A DNA stretch of 64,000 nt from Candidatus Multivoradales bacterium (lineage in GTDB: Bacteria; Acidobacteriota; Thermoanaerobaculia; Multivoradales; Multivoraceae). Both the position numbers and the translations under genes were made by a program. The DNA lies in the NCBI GenBank assembly GCA_965223325.1, contig CBDCWI010000002.1, positions 3,872,001 through 3,936,000 of the forward strand, in the 5' to 3' direction. Under the pieces are notes generated by a model that made no database searches, was not told where the DNA came from, and saw nothing but the letters and a program-made list of their open reading frames with translations. Below, piece by piece: positions 47,481 to 57,383 of the stretch (the stretch's first letter is position 1; each line of letters starts with the position of its first letter).

Positions 47481-49415
47481 ATGACCACCAACCAAGCCAT
47501 CGCTCTCACGCTGCCTGACGGCTCGGTGCGTGAGGTTCCTGCCGGTTCGTCGCCGGCGGATGTTGCGGCGTCGATTGGGCCGGGTCTGGCGAAGGCTTCT
47601 GTTGGGGCTTCTCTGAACGGGGAGGTCGTTGACTTGCGCACGCCGCTTCATGAGGGCGGTGACTTTGCGTTGTTTACGACGAAGAGTCCCGAGGCGGGGG
47701 ATTTCGTGCGCCATACGGCTGAGCATGTTCTGGCCGATGCGGTGCAGCGCTTGTGGCCCGGTACGGAGATCGATGCGGGTCGCCAGGATCACTCGGAGAA
47801 GTTTCAGTACGACTTCCGCTTCGCGCGCCCTTTCACGGCTGAGGATCTCGAGAAGATCGAGAAGAAGATGCGCGAGATCGTCAAGGAGAAGCTGCCACTC
47901 GAGCGTCTCGAGGTGACGCGCGAGGAGGCTCGTGAGTTGATGAAGGAGCGCGGCGAGAACCTCAAGCTCGAGCGCCTCGACGACATTCCCGAGGGCGAGG
48001 CGATTACGCTCTATAAGCACGGCGAGTTCGTTGACCTGTGTCGGGGGCCGCATGCGCAGACAACGGGACAGATCGGGGCGCTCAAGCTGCTCGAGAGCTC
48101 GGTGGTGTACTTCCGGGGCGACGAGGCGAATGAGCGCCTGCAGCGCATCTACGGCACGGCGTTTCTCACCAAGCAGGAGATGGCCGACTACGAGGAGCGC
48201 ATGGAACTGGCGCGGGCGCGGGACCATCGGCGGCTTGGGCCGGAGCTCGATCTCTTCAGTTTCAGCGAGCACGCGCCGGGCAGTCCGTTCTTCCATCCCC
48301 GGGGGACGGTGGTCTACAACTTGTTGGTCGGGTACATCCGCGAGCTGCTTTTGCGGGGCGGCTACGGCGAGGTGCGGACGCCCTTGATTCTCGATGAGGA
48401 GCTTTGGCACCGCTCGGGCCATTGGGACAACTATCGCGACAATATGTACTTCGTCGACATCGACGAGCGGCGCTACGCGGTCAAGCCGATGAACTGCCCG
48501 ACGCACTGTTTGATCTTCGGTACCCGCCTGCGCTCCTACCGCGACCTACCGATTCGTTACGCTGACTTCGGTCACCTGCATCGGTACGAACGGAGCGGCG
48601 TGATCTCAGGCCTGACGCGGGTGCGTACCTTTTGCCAGGACGATGCGCACGTGTTCTGCACCGAGGAGCAGATCGAGAGCGAAGTGCTGGGGTTGATTGG
48701 CACGATTCAGGAGATCTACGACACGTTCGGCTTCGGCGAGGTCGGGATCGAGCTGTCGACTCGCCCGGAGAAGGCGATCGGCACGGCCCAGATGTGGGAT
48801 CGCGCCGAGGCTGCCCTCTCTGCGGCGCTCGAGAGCGCTGGCATCGACTATGTGGTCAATGAGGGTGACGGTGCCTTCTATGGCCCGAAGATCGACTTCC
48901 ACATCCACGACACGCTGGGACGCTCCTGGCAACTGGGTACCGTCCAGCTCGACTACCAGATGCCTGAGCGCTTCGATCTCGACTACGTCGGTGCGGATGG
49001 CTCGGGTCACCGCCCGGTGATGATCCATCGCGCCATGTTGGGTTCGGTCGAGCGCTTCATGGGCATTCTCATCGAGCACGCCGGCGGCGCCTTTCCGCTG
49101 TGGCTGGCGCCAGTGCAGGCGATGATTCTACCGGTGTCGGACAAGTTCCAGGACTATGCCGCCACCGTCCGTGATCAGCTCATCGCCAAGGGCCTGCGGG
49201 CAGAGGTCGATGAGCGCTCGGAGAAGCTGGGCTACAAGATTCGCGAAGCCCAACTCCAGAAGATCCCCTACATGTTGATCGTCGGTGCGCGAGAGGCCGA
49301 GGAGGCGACGATCTCGGTGCGGTTGCGGGCGGGAGAGGAGCTCGGCGGCATGTCGGTCGATGACTTCGCGGAGCGCACGCGACCGCTAGTCGAAAGCCGC
49401 AGCCTGGAGCTCTAG
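47481..49415 (+). CDS. thrS: Threonine--tRNA ligase
   Basis: TGS N-terminus, DLCRGPH, LQRIYG, RDHR, KPMNCP.H, RYERSG, GAFYGPKID, IHRA.LGS.ERF. Start reset to ATG 47481 because the longer ORF overlaps a tRNA. Confidence 0.97.
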   Translation: MTTNQAIALTLPDGSVREVPAGSSPADVAASIGPGLAKASVGASLNGEVVDLRTPLHEGGDFALFTTKSPEAGDFVRHTAEHVLADAVQRLWPGTEIDAGRQDHSEKFQYDFRFARPFTAEDLEKIEKKMREIVKEKLPLERLEVTREEARELMKERGENLKLERLDDIPEGEAITLYKHGEFVDLCRGPHAQTTGQIGALKLLESSVVYFRGDEANERLQRIYGTAFLTKQEMADYEERMELARARDHRRLGPELDLFSFSEHAPGSPFFHPRGTVVYNLLVGYIRELLLRGGYGEVRTPLILDEELWHRSGHWDNYRDNMYFVDIDERRYAVKPMNCPTHCLIFGTRLRSYRDLPIRYADFGHLHRYERSGVISGLTRVRTFCQDDAHVFCTEEQIESEVLGLIGTIQEIYDTFGFGEVGIELSTRPEKAIGTAQMWDRAEAALSAALESAGIDYVVNEGDGAFYGPKIDFHIHDTLGRSWQLGTVQLDYQMPERFDLDYVGADGSGHRPVMIHRAMLGSVERFMGILIEHAGGAFPLWLAPVQAMILPVSDKFQDYAATVRDQLIAKGLRAEVDERSEKLGYKIREAQLQKIPYMLIVGAREAEEATISVRLRAGEELGGMSVDDFAERTRPLVESRSLEL

Positions 49416-49485
49416 TACGTCGTACCAGTGAAACGGCCAGCGTCTGCCACGATCCGATCCAGGTACGGGGCACTGGCGCGAGGCA

Positions 49486-49514
49486 TTGAGGGGCCCTGGG
49501 TTCTCTGTTACGCT
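49486..49514 (+). promoter_or_regulatory. Candidate internal promoter for rpmI-rplT
   Basis: TTGAGG-17nt-TACGCT with extended TG. Confidence 0.5.
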
Positions 49515-49577
49515 CACCAATTCGGAAACTCGAACACCTTCGGGCTCAGCTCGCCCGAAATCGATAGGCAGGAAACA

Positions 49578-49772
49578 ATGCCAAAGCTCAAGACTCACAA
49601 GGGTGCCGCCAAGCGCTTCAAGACCACCGCCTCGGGCAAGGTCAAGCGCAACCACGCCGGCAAGAACCACATCCTCACCAAGAAGTCGCAGAAGCGCAAG
49701 CGCAAGCTGCGTGACTCGACGCTGGTCGAGGGCAAGTTCGCCCGCAACATCAAAGAAATGATCGGCGGCTAG
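49578..49772 (+). CDS. rpmI: 50S ribosomal protein L35
   Basis: [20 protein letters not shown]...K.HILTKK. Confidence 0.97.
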   Translation: MPKLKTHKGAAKRFKTTASGKVKRNHAGKNHILTKKSQKRKRKLRDSTLVEGKFARNIKEMIGG

Positions 49773-49946
49773 CCGAAGCCTCCGATTCCAGATCCCCCGT
49801 GGAGCTGTCGCGACGCGCGTCGCGATAGATGACCTGGGAGGCGGCGCACCGGTGGAACGAACCTGTCCATCCCGTCGCGAATCTGAGACGAGCCGTACGA
49901 GGCTCTCTACTCAGGCTCCCGTAGTTTCGAACACAACGAGGTTCTC

Positions 49947-50300
49947 ATGAGAGTTAGAAGAGGCACCAAGCGCGTCCAGCGCCGCCGCAAGATTCTGAAG
50001 CGTGCCAAGGGCTACTACGGCACCAAGTCGAAGGCCCATCGAGTTGCGAAACTCGCGGTCCAGAAGTCCCTTCAATACGCCTATCGCGACCGGCGTCAAA
50101 GAAAGCGCGAAATGCGCAAGCTCTGGATCGTCCGCATCAACGCGGCGGCCCGGCTTTCGGGCATCTCCTACAACCGCTTCATCTCTGGCCTGAAGTTGGC
50201 CGGGGTTGAAGTGAACCGCAAGGTCCTCGCTGACCTCGCGGTTCATGACGAGGATGGTTTTAGGGCTCTCGCCGAGAAAGCCAAAGCAGCTCTCGCCTAG
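49947..50300 (+). CDS. rplT: 50S ribosomal protein L20
   Basis: [35 protein letters not shown]. Confidence 0.97.
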   Translation: MRVRRGTKRVQRRRKILKRAKGYYGTKSKAHRVAKLAVQKSLQYAYRDRRQRKREMRKLWIVRINAAARLSGISYNRFISGLKLAGVEVNRKVLADLAVHDEDGFRALAEKAKAALA

Positions 50301-50390
50301 GGCGTTCCGGTGGGCGGGAGCCTTCCGGAAACCCAGAGAGAGCACGAATGAAACCGTTGGGGAAACGCGCGCTCCGCCGTTTGCCTGGAG

Positions 50391-51467
50391 GTGAGCATGG
50401 TTGAGCTTCCATCCGAACTCACCGAGGCGATGGTGCGTTTCGAGAACGAGGCGGCAAGCGCTTCTGATCGCGCTGGCTGGGAGACCCTGCGGGTCACCTG
50501 GGTGGGGCGCAAGAAGGGTCTGGTGCGAGACTTCGAGCAACGCATCCGTGAGGCGCCTAAAGAGGAGCGCCGGGCCTGGGGTCAAGGGGTCAACCAACTC
50601 AAGACCCTGGTCGAGCGCCGTCTCGAAGAGATCGATCAGGAACTGTCACGATCGGAGCGCGCCAAAGAGCACGCTGCGGCCGCTGTCGACGTCACCCTGC
50701 CGGGCCGGCGACCACAGGTCGGCGGGTTGCACCCGGTGACGGTGGTCAACCGCGAGTTGACGCGCATCTTCCGCGGCCTCGGTTACAGCGTCGCAGAAGG
50801 CCCCGAGATCGAAGATGACTTCCACAACTTCGAAGCGCTCAACCTGCCACCCGATCACCCCGCACGAGATGAGCAGGACACTTTCTTCGTCGAGGGCGGT
50901 TCGCTTCTGCGAACCCACACCTCGCCCGTACAGGCGCGCATCATGCTGTCGCGCAAGCCGCCGATTCGGGTGATCTGCCCGGGGCGGGTGTACCGGGTCG
51001 ACAACGACCTGCGCCACTCACCGATGTTTCATCAGGTCGAGGCGCTGTGCGTTGACGAGGGGATTACCTTCGGGCATCTCAAGGGGACCCTCGAGGCGTT
51101 CTCGAAGGCGCTGTTCTCAGAGGACACCGAGGTGCGCTTGCGCCCGAGCTTCTTCCCCTTCACCGAACCGTCGGCTGAGGTCGACGTATCGTGCCCGTTC
51201 TGTAAAGGCACGGGCGCGCTCTCAGATGACAAACCCTGCGGAACCTGTTCGGCCACCGGCTGGATGGAGATCATGGGCTGCGGCATGGTGGACCCGCGGG
51301 TGCTCGAGAAGTGCGGTATCGATCCCGACCGTTACAGCGGCTGGGCGTTCGGGCTCGGCATCGATCGAGTGGCGATGATTCTCTATGGCTTCCCCAACAT
51401 CCGTGCGCTGTTCGAGAACGACCAGCGGCTGCTCGGCCAGCTCGAGGGTGGAGGGCCGGCACGATGA
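50391..51467 (+). CDS. pheS: Phenylalanine--tRNA ligase alpha subunit
   Basis: DVTLPG, HPARDEQDTF, LRTHTSPVQ, FHQVE, FPFTEPSAE, CxxC..CxxC insert, GWAFGLGIDR. Confidence 0.97.
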   Translation: MSMVELPSELTEAMVRFENEAASASDRAGWETLRVTWVGRKKGLVRDFEQRIREAPKEERRAWGQGVNQLKTLVERRLEEIDQELSRSERAKEHAAAAVDVTLPGRRPQVGGLHPVTVVNRELTRIFRGLGYSVAEGPEIEDDFHNFEALNLPPDHPARDEQDTFFVEGGSLLRTHTSPVQARIMLSRKPPIRVICPGRVYRVDNDLRHSPMFHQVEALCVDEGITFGHLKGTLEAFSKALFSEDTEVRLRPSFFPFTEPSAEVDVSCPFCKGTGALSDDKPCGTCSATGWMEIMGCGMVDPRVLEKCGIDPDRYSGWAFGLGIDRVAMILYGFPNIRALFENDQRLLGQLEGGGPAR

Positions 51468-53563
51468 AGTTCTCCTATCGTTGGTTGAGCGATCGCGCCG
51501 ACCTTTCAGGTCTCGCTGCCGAGGACGTCGCCCAGGCACTGACCCGCGTGGGCATGGCGGTCGAGTTGGTCGAAGAGCACCAGCGCGCCGACGGGGAGCT
51601 CGACCATGTCTTCGAGGTCGAGGTCACGACCAACAGGGTCGATGCGATGAACCATCTCGGTCTGGCGCGCGAAGCGGCGGTCGCACTCGAGCGCCAGCTC
51701 ACACCGGGTGACCCCGGCCCGGCGGGAGACCCAGGGAAGGCCGGCGACCTCGGGGCCACCGTCGAGGTCAGCTGCCCGGAGCTCTGCTCGCGTTTCACCG
51801 CGCGAGTGATCGAGGGCGTGACGGTCGGCCCCAGCCCGGGCTGGCTGGTCGAGTATCTCGAGGCGATTGGGCTGCGCTCGATCAACAACGTCGTCGATAT
51901 CACCAACTTCATTCTTCAGGACCAGGGCCAGCCGCAGCATGCCTACGATCTGGCAACCCTCGCCGAGAAGCGATTGATCGTGCGGCGCGCCGAGGCGGGT
52001 GAGAAGCTCACCACTCTCGACGGCCAGGAGCGCACCCTCGAAGAGGGGCAATGCCTGATCTGTGACCCCAAGGGAGCAGTCGGTATCGGTGGTGTCATGG
52101 GTGGTCTCGAAACCGAGGTCACCGAGAAGACGAAGACCGTGCTGCTCGAAAGTGCCTGGTTCGACCCGGTTTCGGTGCGCAAGACCTCGCGTGCGGTGGG
52201 TCTCCACACCGATGCCAGTCACCGCTTCGAGCGTGGCGTCGACTGGAGTGCGGCGCTTTCGGCCAATGACCGCGCCTGCCAGATGATTGTCGACCTCTGT
52301 GGTGGCGAGATCCTGCCCGGCGTCATCGATCTGCGCGCGGAGGAGTTCTTGCCGCAGCCGAGCCCGATCGACGTACGGACCGGTCAGATCTCCCGCTTCG
52401 CAGGAACTGAGATCAACCATGACAATGCCGTTCGCTGGCTGTCGGCTCTCGGGTTCAACGTCGAAGCTGGTGCCGATGACCAGATCACGGTGACACCGCC
52501 TTCCTGGCGGACAGAAGATGTCGAGCGCTCGGCAGACGTCTATGAAGAGGTCATCAGGGTCTTTGGCTTCGACAACGTTCCGGCGGAGCTGCCGGCGATT
52601 GCCGGCTCGGACGCCCCCGAAACCGAGATGCAGCAGTTGCTGCGGCGCCTTCGCGATCGCCTGGTCGCCGCGGGCTATCTCGAGGCCATCGATTGGTCGT
52701 TCCACGATGACGCCACCGACCAGGCATTCGGCGCGTTACCGCTGGGAGACGGTGCGAACCAGCCGGTACGTCTGGTCAATCCGCTGTCTGAGCTCTACAA
52801 CGTCATGCGGCGGTCTCTCTTGCCGGGTCTGGTCGCGAGCGCGCGTTTCAACCAGCGGCGCGGCGCTGAGGCGGTGCGGCTGTTCGAAGTCGGGCACATC
52901 TTTGGCCGTTATGGGAAGGCCCCAGAAGGGGCGCGCGCCGAAGTCGAGGTCGAAGCGCTCGGCTGGATCGGCGGTGGAAACGACCCGTCGCCATGGCAGC
53001 GCAAGAGCGCCTACGACTTCTTCGATGCCAGGGGGGTACTGGATGCGCTGTTCGATGTCATTCGGCTGCCGTTCGAGGTCAGGCCTGGCGAGTTCGCCGG
53101 CATGGTGGCCGGCACCGTCGCCGAGGTCTACGTCGAAGGCGAGAAGGTCGGGGTCCTCGGCCAGATCGACGACGGTGACGAGACCTACGCCTACCCGGTG
53201 TTTGCGGCCGAGCTCCTGATCGAGCCCCTGGTGCGCGCGAGCGACTCGCTCGGGCTGCGAGTCGACGCCCCGTCGCGCTATCCCAGCATCGAGGCCGATC
53301 TGACGCTGACGCACGCGCACGAGGTCTCGTGGAACCAGATCACCGCGGCGATCGAGGGCCAGGAGGCGGCTGGCAAGCTGCCGGGCCTCGAAGCGTTCTG
53401 GCTGCGCGACCGTTACCAGGGCAAGGGCGTGCCCGACGGAGCGGTCAACAGCACGTTGTCGTTCCGCTACGGCTCGACCGAGCGCTCTTTGACCCAGGAC
53501 GAGGTCAATGAGCAGCACGAAGCACTCCGTGGTGCGTTGCAAGAAGCCTTCGGTTGGGGGTAG
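51464..53563 (+). CDS. pheT: Phenylalanine--tRNA ligase beta subunit (short form lacking the B2 OB domain)
   Basis: MKFSY.WL followed directly by EVTTNR.D, INNVVDITN, DASHRFERG, P.WR..D, NPLS, C-terminal FDX-ACB domain. Confidence 0.95.
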   Translation: MKFSYRWLSDRADLSGLAAEDVAQALTRVGMAVELVEEHQRADGELDHVFEVEVTTNRVDAMNHLGLAREAAVALERQLTPGDPGPAGDPGKAGDLGATVEVSCPELCSRFTARVIEGVTVGPSPGWLVEYLEAIGLRSINNVVDITNFILQDQGQPQHAYDLATLAEKRLIVRRAEAGEKLTTLDGQERTLEEGQCLICDPKGAVGIGGVMGGLETEVTEKTKTVLLESAWFDPVSVRKTSRAVGLHTDASHRFERGVDWSAALSANDRACQMIVDLCGGEILPGVIDLRAEEFLPQPSPIDVRTGQISRFAGTEINHDNAVRWLSALGFNVEAGADDQITVTPPSWRTEDVERSADVYEEVIRVFGFDNVPAELPAIAGSDAPETEMQQLLRRLRDRLVAAGYLEAIDWSFHDDATDQAFGALPLGDGANQPVRLVNPLSELYNVMRRSLLPGLVASARFNQRRGAEAVRLFEVGHIFGRYGKAPEGARAEVEVEALGWIGGGNDPSPWQRKSAYDFFDARGVLDALFDVIRLPFEVRPGEFAGMVAGTVAEVYVEGEKVGVLGQIDDGDETYAYPVFAAELLIEPLVRASDSLGLRVDAPSRYPSIEADLTLTHAHEVSWNQITAAIEGQEAAGKLPGLEAFWLRDRYQGKGVPDGAVNSTLSFRYGSTERSLTQDEVNEQHEALRGALQEAFGWG

Positions 53564-53616
53564 CTTCGAGGTAACCCAACAAACCCCTGGAACCGTGCCA
53601 CTGCTGGAGAGCGACC

Positions 53617-54168
53617 ATGGCGAAGAGCCCATCCCCCAAGAAGAAAGCCTCCAAGAAGGGTGCTGCCAAAAAGAAGGCCGCAGCCCGGACGGCGTCCTCC
53701 GGCGGGGCCCCTTCGGGCGGCGCCACCTCCGGAGTGGCCCGCCTCCGGAAGGCAATCAAACGGACGGTGACGGAGCTCGATACCCTGCGCACCCGCAACC
53801 ACGAGCTCGAGGAAGAAGTCCGAGCTCTTGGGAAGGCGAATGCCGCAAAGAGTGCACCTGCTCCTGATGAGGCGACCTTGGCACAGCTCGAGAAGGCGCG
53901 CACCAAACTCGAGGAAGAAAACGTCGCCCTCAGGCGCCGCGCGGCTGAACTCGAAAAGGCCTCGAAGGCGCTCGAAGCCGAGAAGTTGGCGGCTCTCGAG
54001 GCCGGCGATGAGGCGCGGTCGGCCTTGGCGGAGCTCGAAGGCGGCAGTGGTTCTAGAGAGCAGGAGCTCGCGTGGCAGGACGAGAGGCGCGAGCTACGTC
54101 AGCGGGTCGAAAGCCTGGTGGCCGGGCTTGAAAAGGTGGCCAGTCGGGTGGCCGAAGCCAGCCGGTAG
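53617..54168 (+). CDS. Coiled-coil protein (ZapB-like) with Lys/Ala-rich N-terminal tail
   Basis: Heptad coiled coil ending WQDERRELRQRVESLV; located after pheT. Confidence 0.55.
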   Translation: MAKSPSPKKKASKKGAAKKKAAARTASSGGAPSGGATSGVARLRKAIKRTVTELDTLRTRNHELEEEVRALGKANAAKSAPAPDEATLAQLEKARTKLEEENVALRRRAAELEKASKALEAEKLAALEAGDEARSALAELEGGSGSREQELAWQDERRELRQRVESLVAGLEKVASRVAEASR

Positions 54169-55496
54169 TGGCTGCAGGAGCAGCGGCCGCCTCTACCCGG
54201 CGGTGGGTCGACACGATCCTGCGAACCTATGGCGGGCATGGCCTGCCGCCGACCGCCGGGTCGGTTGACCGCGGGAGTGTTCCCCGAGCCGTGCATCGCG
54301 ACGACGAGATGCTGCTCGAGGCCATCGAGACCTCCGGGGGCGACCGTCGCGCCGGCGTGCTCGCCTACTTTCTGACCGGTTGTCAGGTGGCCGGCCTTGT
54401 CCGTCAGTTGGCAGAGCGCCAACGCGGCCCCGATGGTGGCGCGCCGCGTCTGCTCGACATGGGGTGCGGGTACGGTCGGCTGGGGCGTCATCTCACCGCG
54501 GCTGCCGGTGTGCCGCCGACCTTGATCCATCCTGACCGAGTCTGGGTTTCGGACCTGCTCGAAGGCGCCTTGCGCTTCCAGGCGGAGTGCTTCGGGTTCC
54601 ACGCCTTCGCCTCGACAACCGACCCGGCGTCTTTTGAAGCCCCAAGCGACTTCGATTTGATCTGGGTGGGCTCCCTCTTCACTCATCTCCGAGAGGAACG
54701 CTTCGGCGCCTGGCTCGAGGTCTTGTTCGCCTGCCTGGCCCCGGGCGGCATGCTCGCGTTCACGGTGCACGACAAGGCGCTCGTTCCCACTGGCTACCGG
54801 CCGGGCGACGCCGGCATGCTGCACCTCCCGAGCAGCGAGACGCGCACCCTGAACAGCGACGACTATGGCACCAGCTGGGTCTCGTGGGAATTCGTCGAGA
54901 GGCTGCTCGAACTGCTACCTGGTCCACCGTATCGCCGCCTCAGGCCGCGCGCCGTCGCCGGATACCAGGACATGTGGGTGGTCAAGAAGGACCTCGAGGA
55001 AGGGGCGATCGACCCTGCAGCCGTCGAGGTCGGCCCGCGCGGAATGCTCGAGTGGCTGGCCATCGATCGAGCGGGCGAGCTCGAGGTCTCGGGGTGGGCC
55101 TGGCATCCGACTCGTGAAGTCGGGGTGGCAGCGGTCGAAGTGGCAATCGACGGTCAGGTCAGAGCGACCATCGATGAGTTCGCTGACCGCCGGGATGTCA
55201 CCGGCGCGACCTGGGTGCCGGCCGGGTTTGCGGCCACAGTGCCCGTGCCGGCTCGTCTGGACCGCAGTGAGGTGCTGCTCGAGGTGCGGATGCGCTCGCA
55301 CGACGGCCAGCTCTGGCCCCTACGGGTGGGGTCGCTCGAGAGTCTTCTCGGTGCCGTTGCACGCGAGCGCCTGGAGGCCGAACGCCTACGGGCCTTTTCT
55401 CTCGAGCGCGAGATCGACTGGATGCGCCAGAGCAGGTTCTGGCGCCTGCGTGAGCGCTGGTTCAAGTTCAAGCAGAAGTTTGGCGGCTCGACTTGA
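54168..55496 (+). CDS. Class I SAM methyltransferase with C-terminal Ig-like and coiled regions
   Basis: LLDMGCGYGR, FDLIWVGSLFTHL, LAPGG; later VSGWAW..VEV..DG; tail M..SRFWRLR. Confidence 0.82.
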   Translation: MAAGAAAASTRRWVDTILRTYGGHGLPPTAGSVDRGSVPRAVHRDDEMLLEAIETSGGDRRAGVLAYFLTGCQVAGLVRQLAERQRGPDGGAPRLLDMGCGYGRLGRHLTAAAGVPPTLIHPDRVWVSDLLEGALRFQAECFGFHAFASTTDPASFEAPSDFDLIWVGSLFTHLREERFGAWLEVLFACLAPGGMLAFTVHDKALVPTGYRPGDAGMLHLPSSETRTLNSDDYGTSWVSWEFVERLLELLPGPPYRRLRPRAVAGYQDMWVVKKDLEEGAIDPAAVEVGPRGMLEWLAIDRAGELEVSGWAWHPTREVGVAAVEVAIDGQVRATIDEFADRRDVTGATWVPAGFAATVPVPARLDRSEVLLEVRMRSHDGQLWPLRVGSLESLLGAVARERLEAERLRAFSLEREIDWMRQSRFWRLRERWFKFKQKFGGST

Positions 55497-55987
55497 GTGC
55501 CGGGCGCCGTGCGTTGGACGGAGCGGCTCTCATCTCTACGGCGCTCGCCGTCCTGGCGCTGGTTCTGGCAGTCAATGAGGCACGAAAACGGCCGGAGACA
55601 GCGCCCGAGCTTCTGCCGGTGCAGTGGCAACTCGGTGGTCCGCAGCCAGAGCGCTTAGCGGAGTGGTTGGGGCGAGTCGATCGTCGTGTGCCCTACCAGT
55701 CGACGCTTCTGCTCGAAGCACCACGCCGCTCGCGCGACGACCTGTTGGCACTGCTTTCCTGGACCTCGTACTACCTGCCGAGGCAGCGCGTGTTGCTCGC
55801 GAGCGAGAGACCGGGTTCCGGGCGTCCGCTGTACCTCTTGATGATCGGGGCGGGTGTTGAAGACCATCCGGAAGCGCGTGGTGAACTCCTCGAGCTGGAC
55901 TCGGTGGGTGCGCTGGTGCGCATTCCCGCGTCAGCAGCCGACCCCGACGCGCTGCTCTCGCTCGGGACGGCCGAGGTGTCGAGGTGA
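55493..55987 (+). CDS. Single-TM membrane protein, unknown function
   Basis: N-terminal TM helix; 4-nt overlaps with both neighbours. Confidence 0.6.
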   Translation: MSAGRRALDGAALISTALAVLALVLAVNEARKRPETAPELLPVQWQLGGPQPERLAEWLGRVDRRVPYQSTLLLEAPRRSRDDLLALLSWTSYYLPRQRVLLASERPGSGRPLYLLMIGAGVEDHPEARGELLELDSVGALVRIPASAADPDALLSLGTAEVSR

Positions 55988-57381
55988 CGGTTTTCGAAGG
56001 CCTGGTGCTGCTTGCGTTTGTCGCGCTGGTGTTGGCCGCAGGAAGGGTGGCCGCTGGAGCGGCGGTCTCGGTACGCCCGGCCTACGCACTGGCCGCCGGT
56101 TGGTTGGTCTTGCACACAGCGATGCTGCAGCTCGACTTTTTCGGTTTCAACTGGACCCGAAGCTCGCTCTTCTTCGCTACCGCTTTCCTGGCGCTGGGGT
56201 TGGCGATCGGCCGCCGGCGTGCCGAGGACCTTGTCCCGTCGTTGGCCACCGACCAGGAGTCTGTACCGGAAGACAGACAAAACCGTCGCCTGGGTCTCGG
56301 CGACCTGGTGGCGGCAGTTTCGGTTGTGGCGTTGTTCTGGGCCGCTCTGGCTCTCAAGGCGCCGCACTCCGACTTCGTCTATCACTGGGGGGTCAAAGCG
56401 CGCCATTTCGTCGAAGCGCAGCAGATCGATCGTGACTTGTTGAGTTACTCCTTGCCTGACCACATGCATCCGGACTACCCGCAGGGTCTGCCGGACCTCC
56501 TGGCTGCCGAAGCCTTCATGCAGGGGAGAGTCGCCGAGGGTGCCTGGCTGGCGATCTCGGCGTTTCTGTTGCTCGGCATCGTCCTGGCCGCTCGTCGGTG
56601 CCTGTGCAACGTGGGCGCAGACCGCACCGTCGTGCAGTGCGCTGTCGCAACCGTCGCAGCGAGCACCGCTGCCTTCTCGATTCAGTACTTCCAGGCCGGC
56701 GGACCGGACCTACCACTGGCCCTCGCTGTCACCCTTGGCATCGCCAGTATCGCCGAGACTGCTTTTCGCAGCGCGCCTGGAGAGACCCGAGGGGTACCGC
56801 TTTCGGCCGATGTGCGCCTTGGCCTGGCGGCGGCGCTGGCGGCCGCTCTCAAGGTCGAAGGAGTGGTGTTTTCGGGAGTCCTGCTCCTCTTGTGGTGGAT
56901 GGCGCCGTTCGGGCCTTTCCGAGGCGGGCGCAGCCTTGCCGAACGCAGTGTACGCCTGGGTGCGACGATCGGTCCATGGATGTTGGTGGTCACCCCCTGG
57001 CTGGCGATGACCGTCGCCCTCGATCTCTGGCCGGCGCGCGGCGGTCTGGCCGATCCCTCTCGGCTGAGCGAGGTCCTCGCCGTCGCCGTGCCGCAGTTCT
57101 TTGGCCGTGCCTGGATGGGGCTTGACCTGGTGTTGATCCTCGTGCCGGTATTTGTCGTGCGGCGCGCCACTCGCTGGATGGCGTTGCCGCTCCTTCTACA
57201 GGCGGCCTTCTATCTCTGGGTCTACCTGAGCACACCGCTCGACATCTCGCGCGTCGTGGCGACGACCTTCCCGCGCTTGTTGTTGCACCTCGTGCCAGCC
57301 GCCTGGCTGTTGGCCTTCATCGGGCTCGCTCAGGTCACGGCAACACGGCCGGGATCCGCAACGATTCCCGCTAGGGTCTAG
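55984..57381 (+). CDS. Multi-TM protein, GT-C (ArnT/PMT-like) glycosyltransferase-like
   Basis: More than 10 TM segments with D..HWG.KA, HPDYP..LP, DLPLA and K.EG motifs. Confidence 0.7.
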   Translation: MTVFEGLVLLAFVALVLAAGRVAAGAAVSVRPAYALAAGWLVLHTAMLQLDFFGFNWTRSSLFFATAFLALGLAIGRRRAEDLVPSLATDQESVPEDRQNRRLGLGDLVAAVSVVALFWAALALKAPHSDFVYHWGVKARHFVEAQQIDRDLLSYSLPDHMHPDYPQGLPDLLAAEAFMQGRVAEGAWLAISAFLLLGIVLAARRCLCNVGADRTVVQCAVATVAASTAAFSIQYFQAGGPDLPLALAVTLGIASIAETAFRSAPGETRGVPLSADVRLGLAAALAAALKVEGVVFSGVLLLLWWMAPFGPFRGGRSLAERSVRLGATIGPWMLVVTPWLAMTVALDLWPARGGLADPSRLSEVLAVAVPQFFGRAWMGLDLVLILVPVFVVRRATRWMALPLLLQAAFYLWVYLSTPLDISRVVATTFPRLLLHLVPAAWLLAFIGLAQVTATRPGSATIPARV

Positions 57382-57383
57382 AC

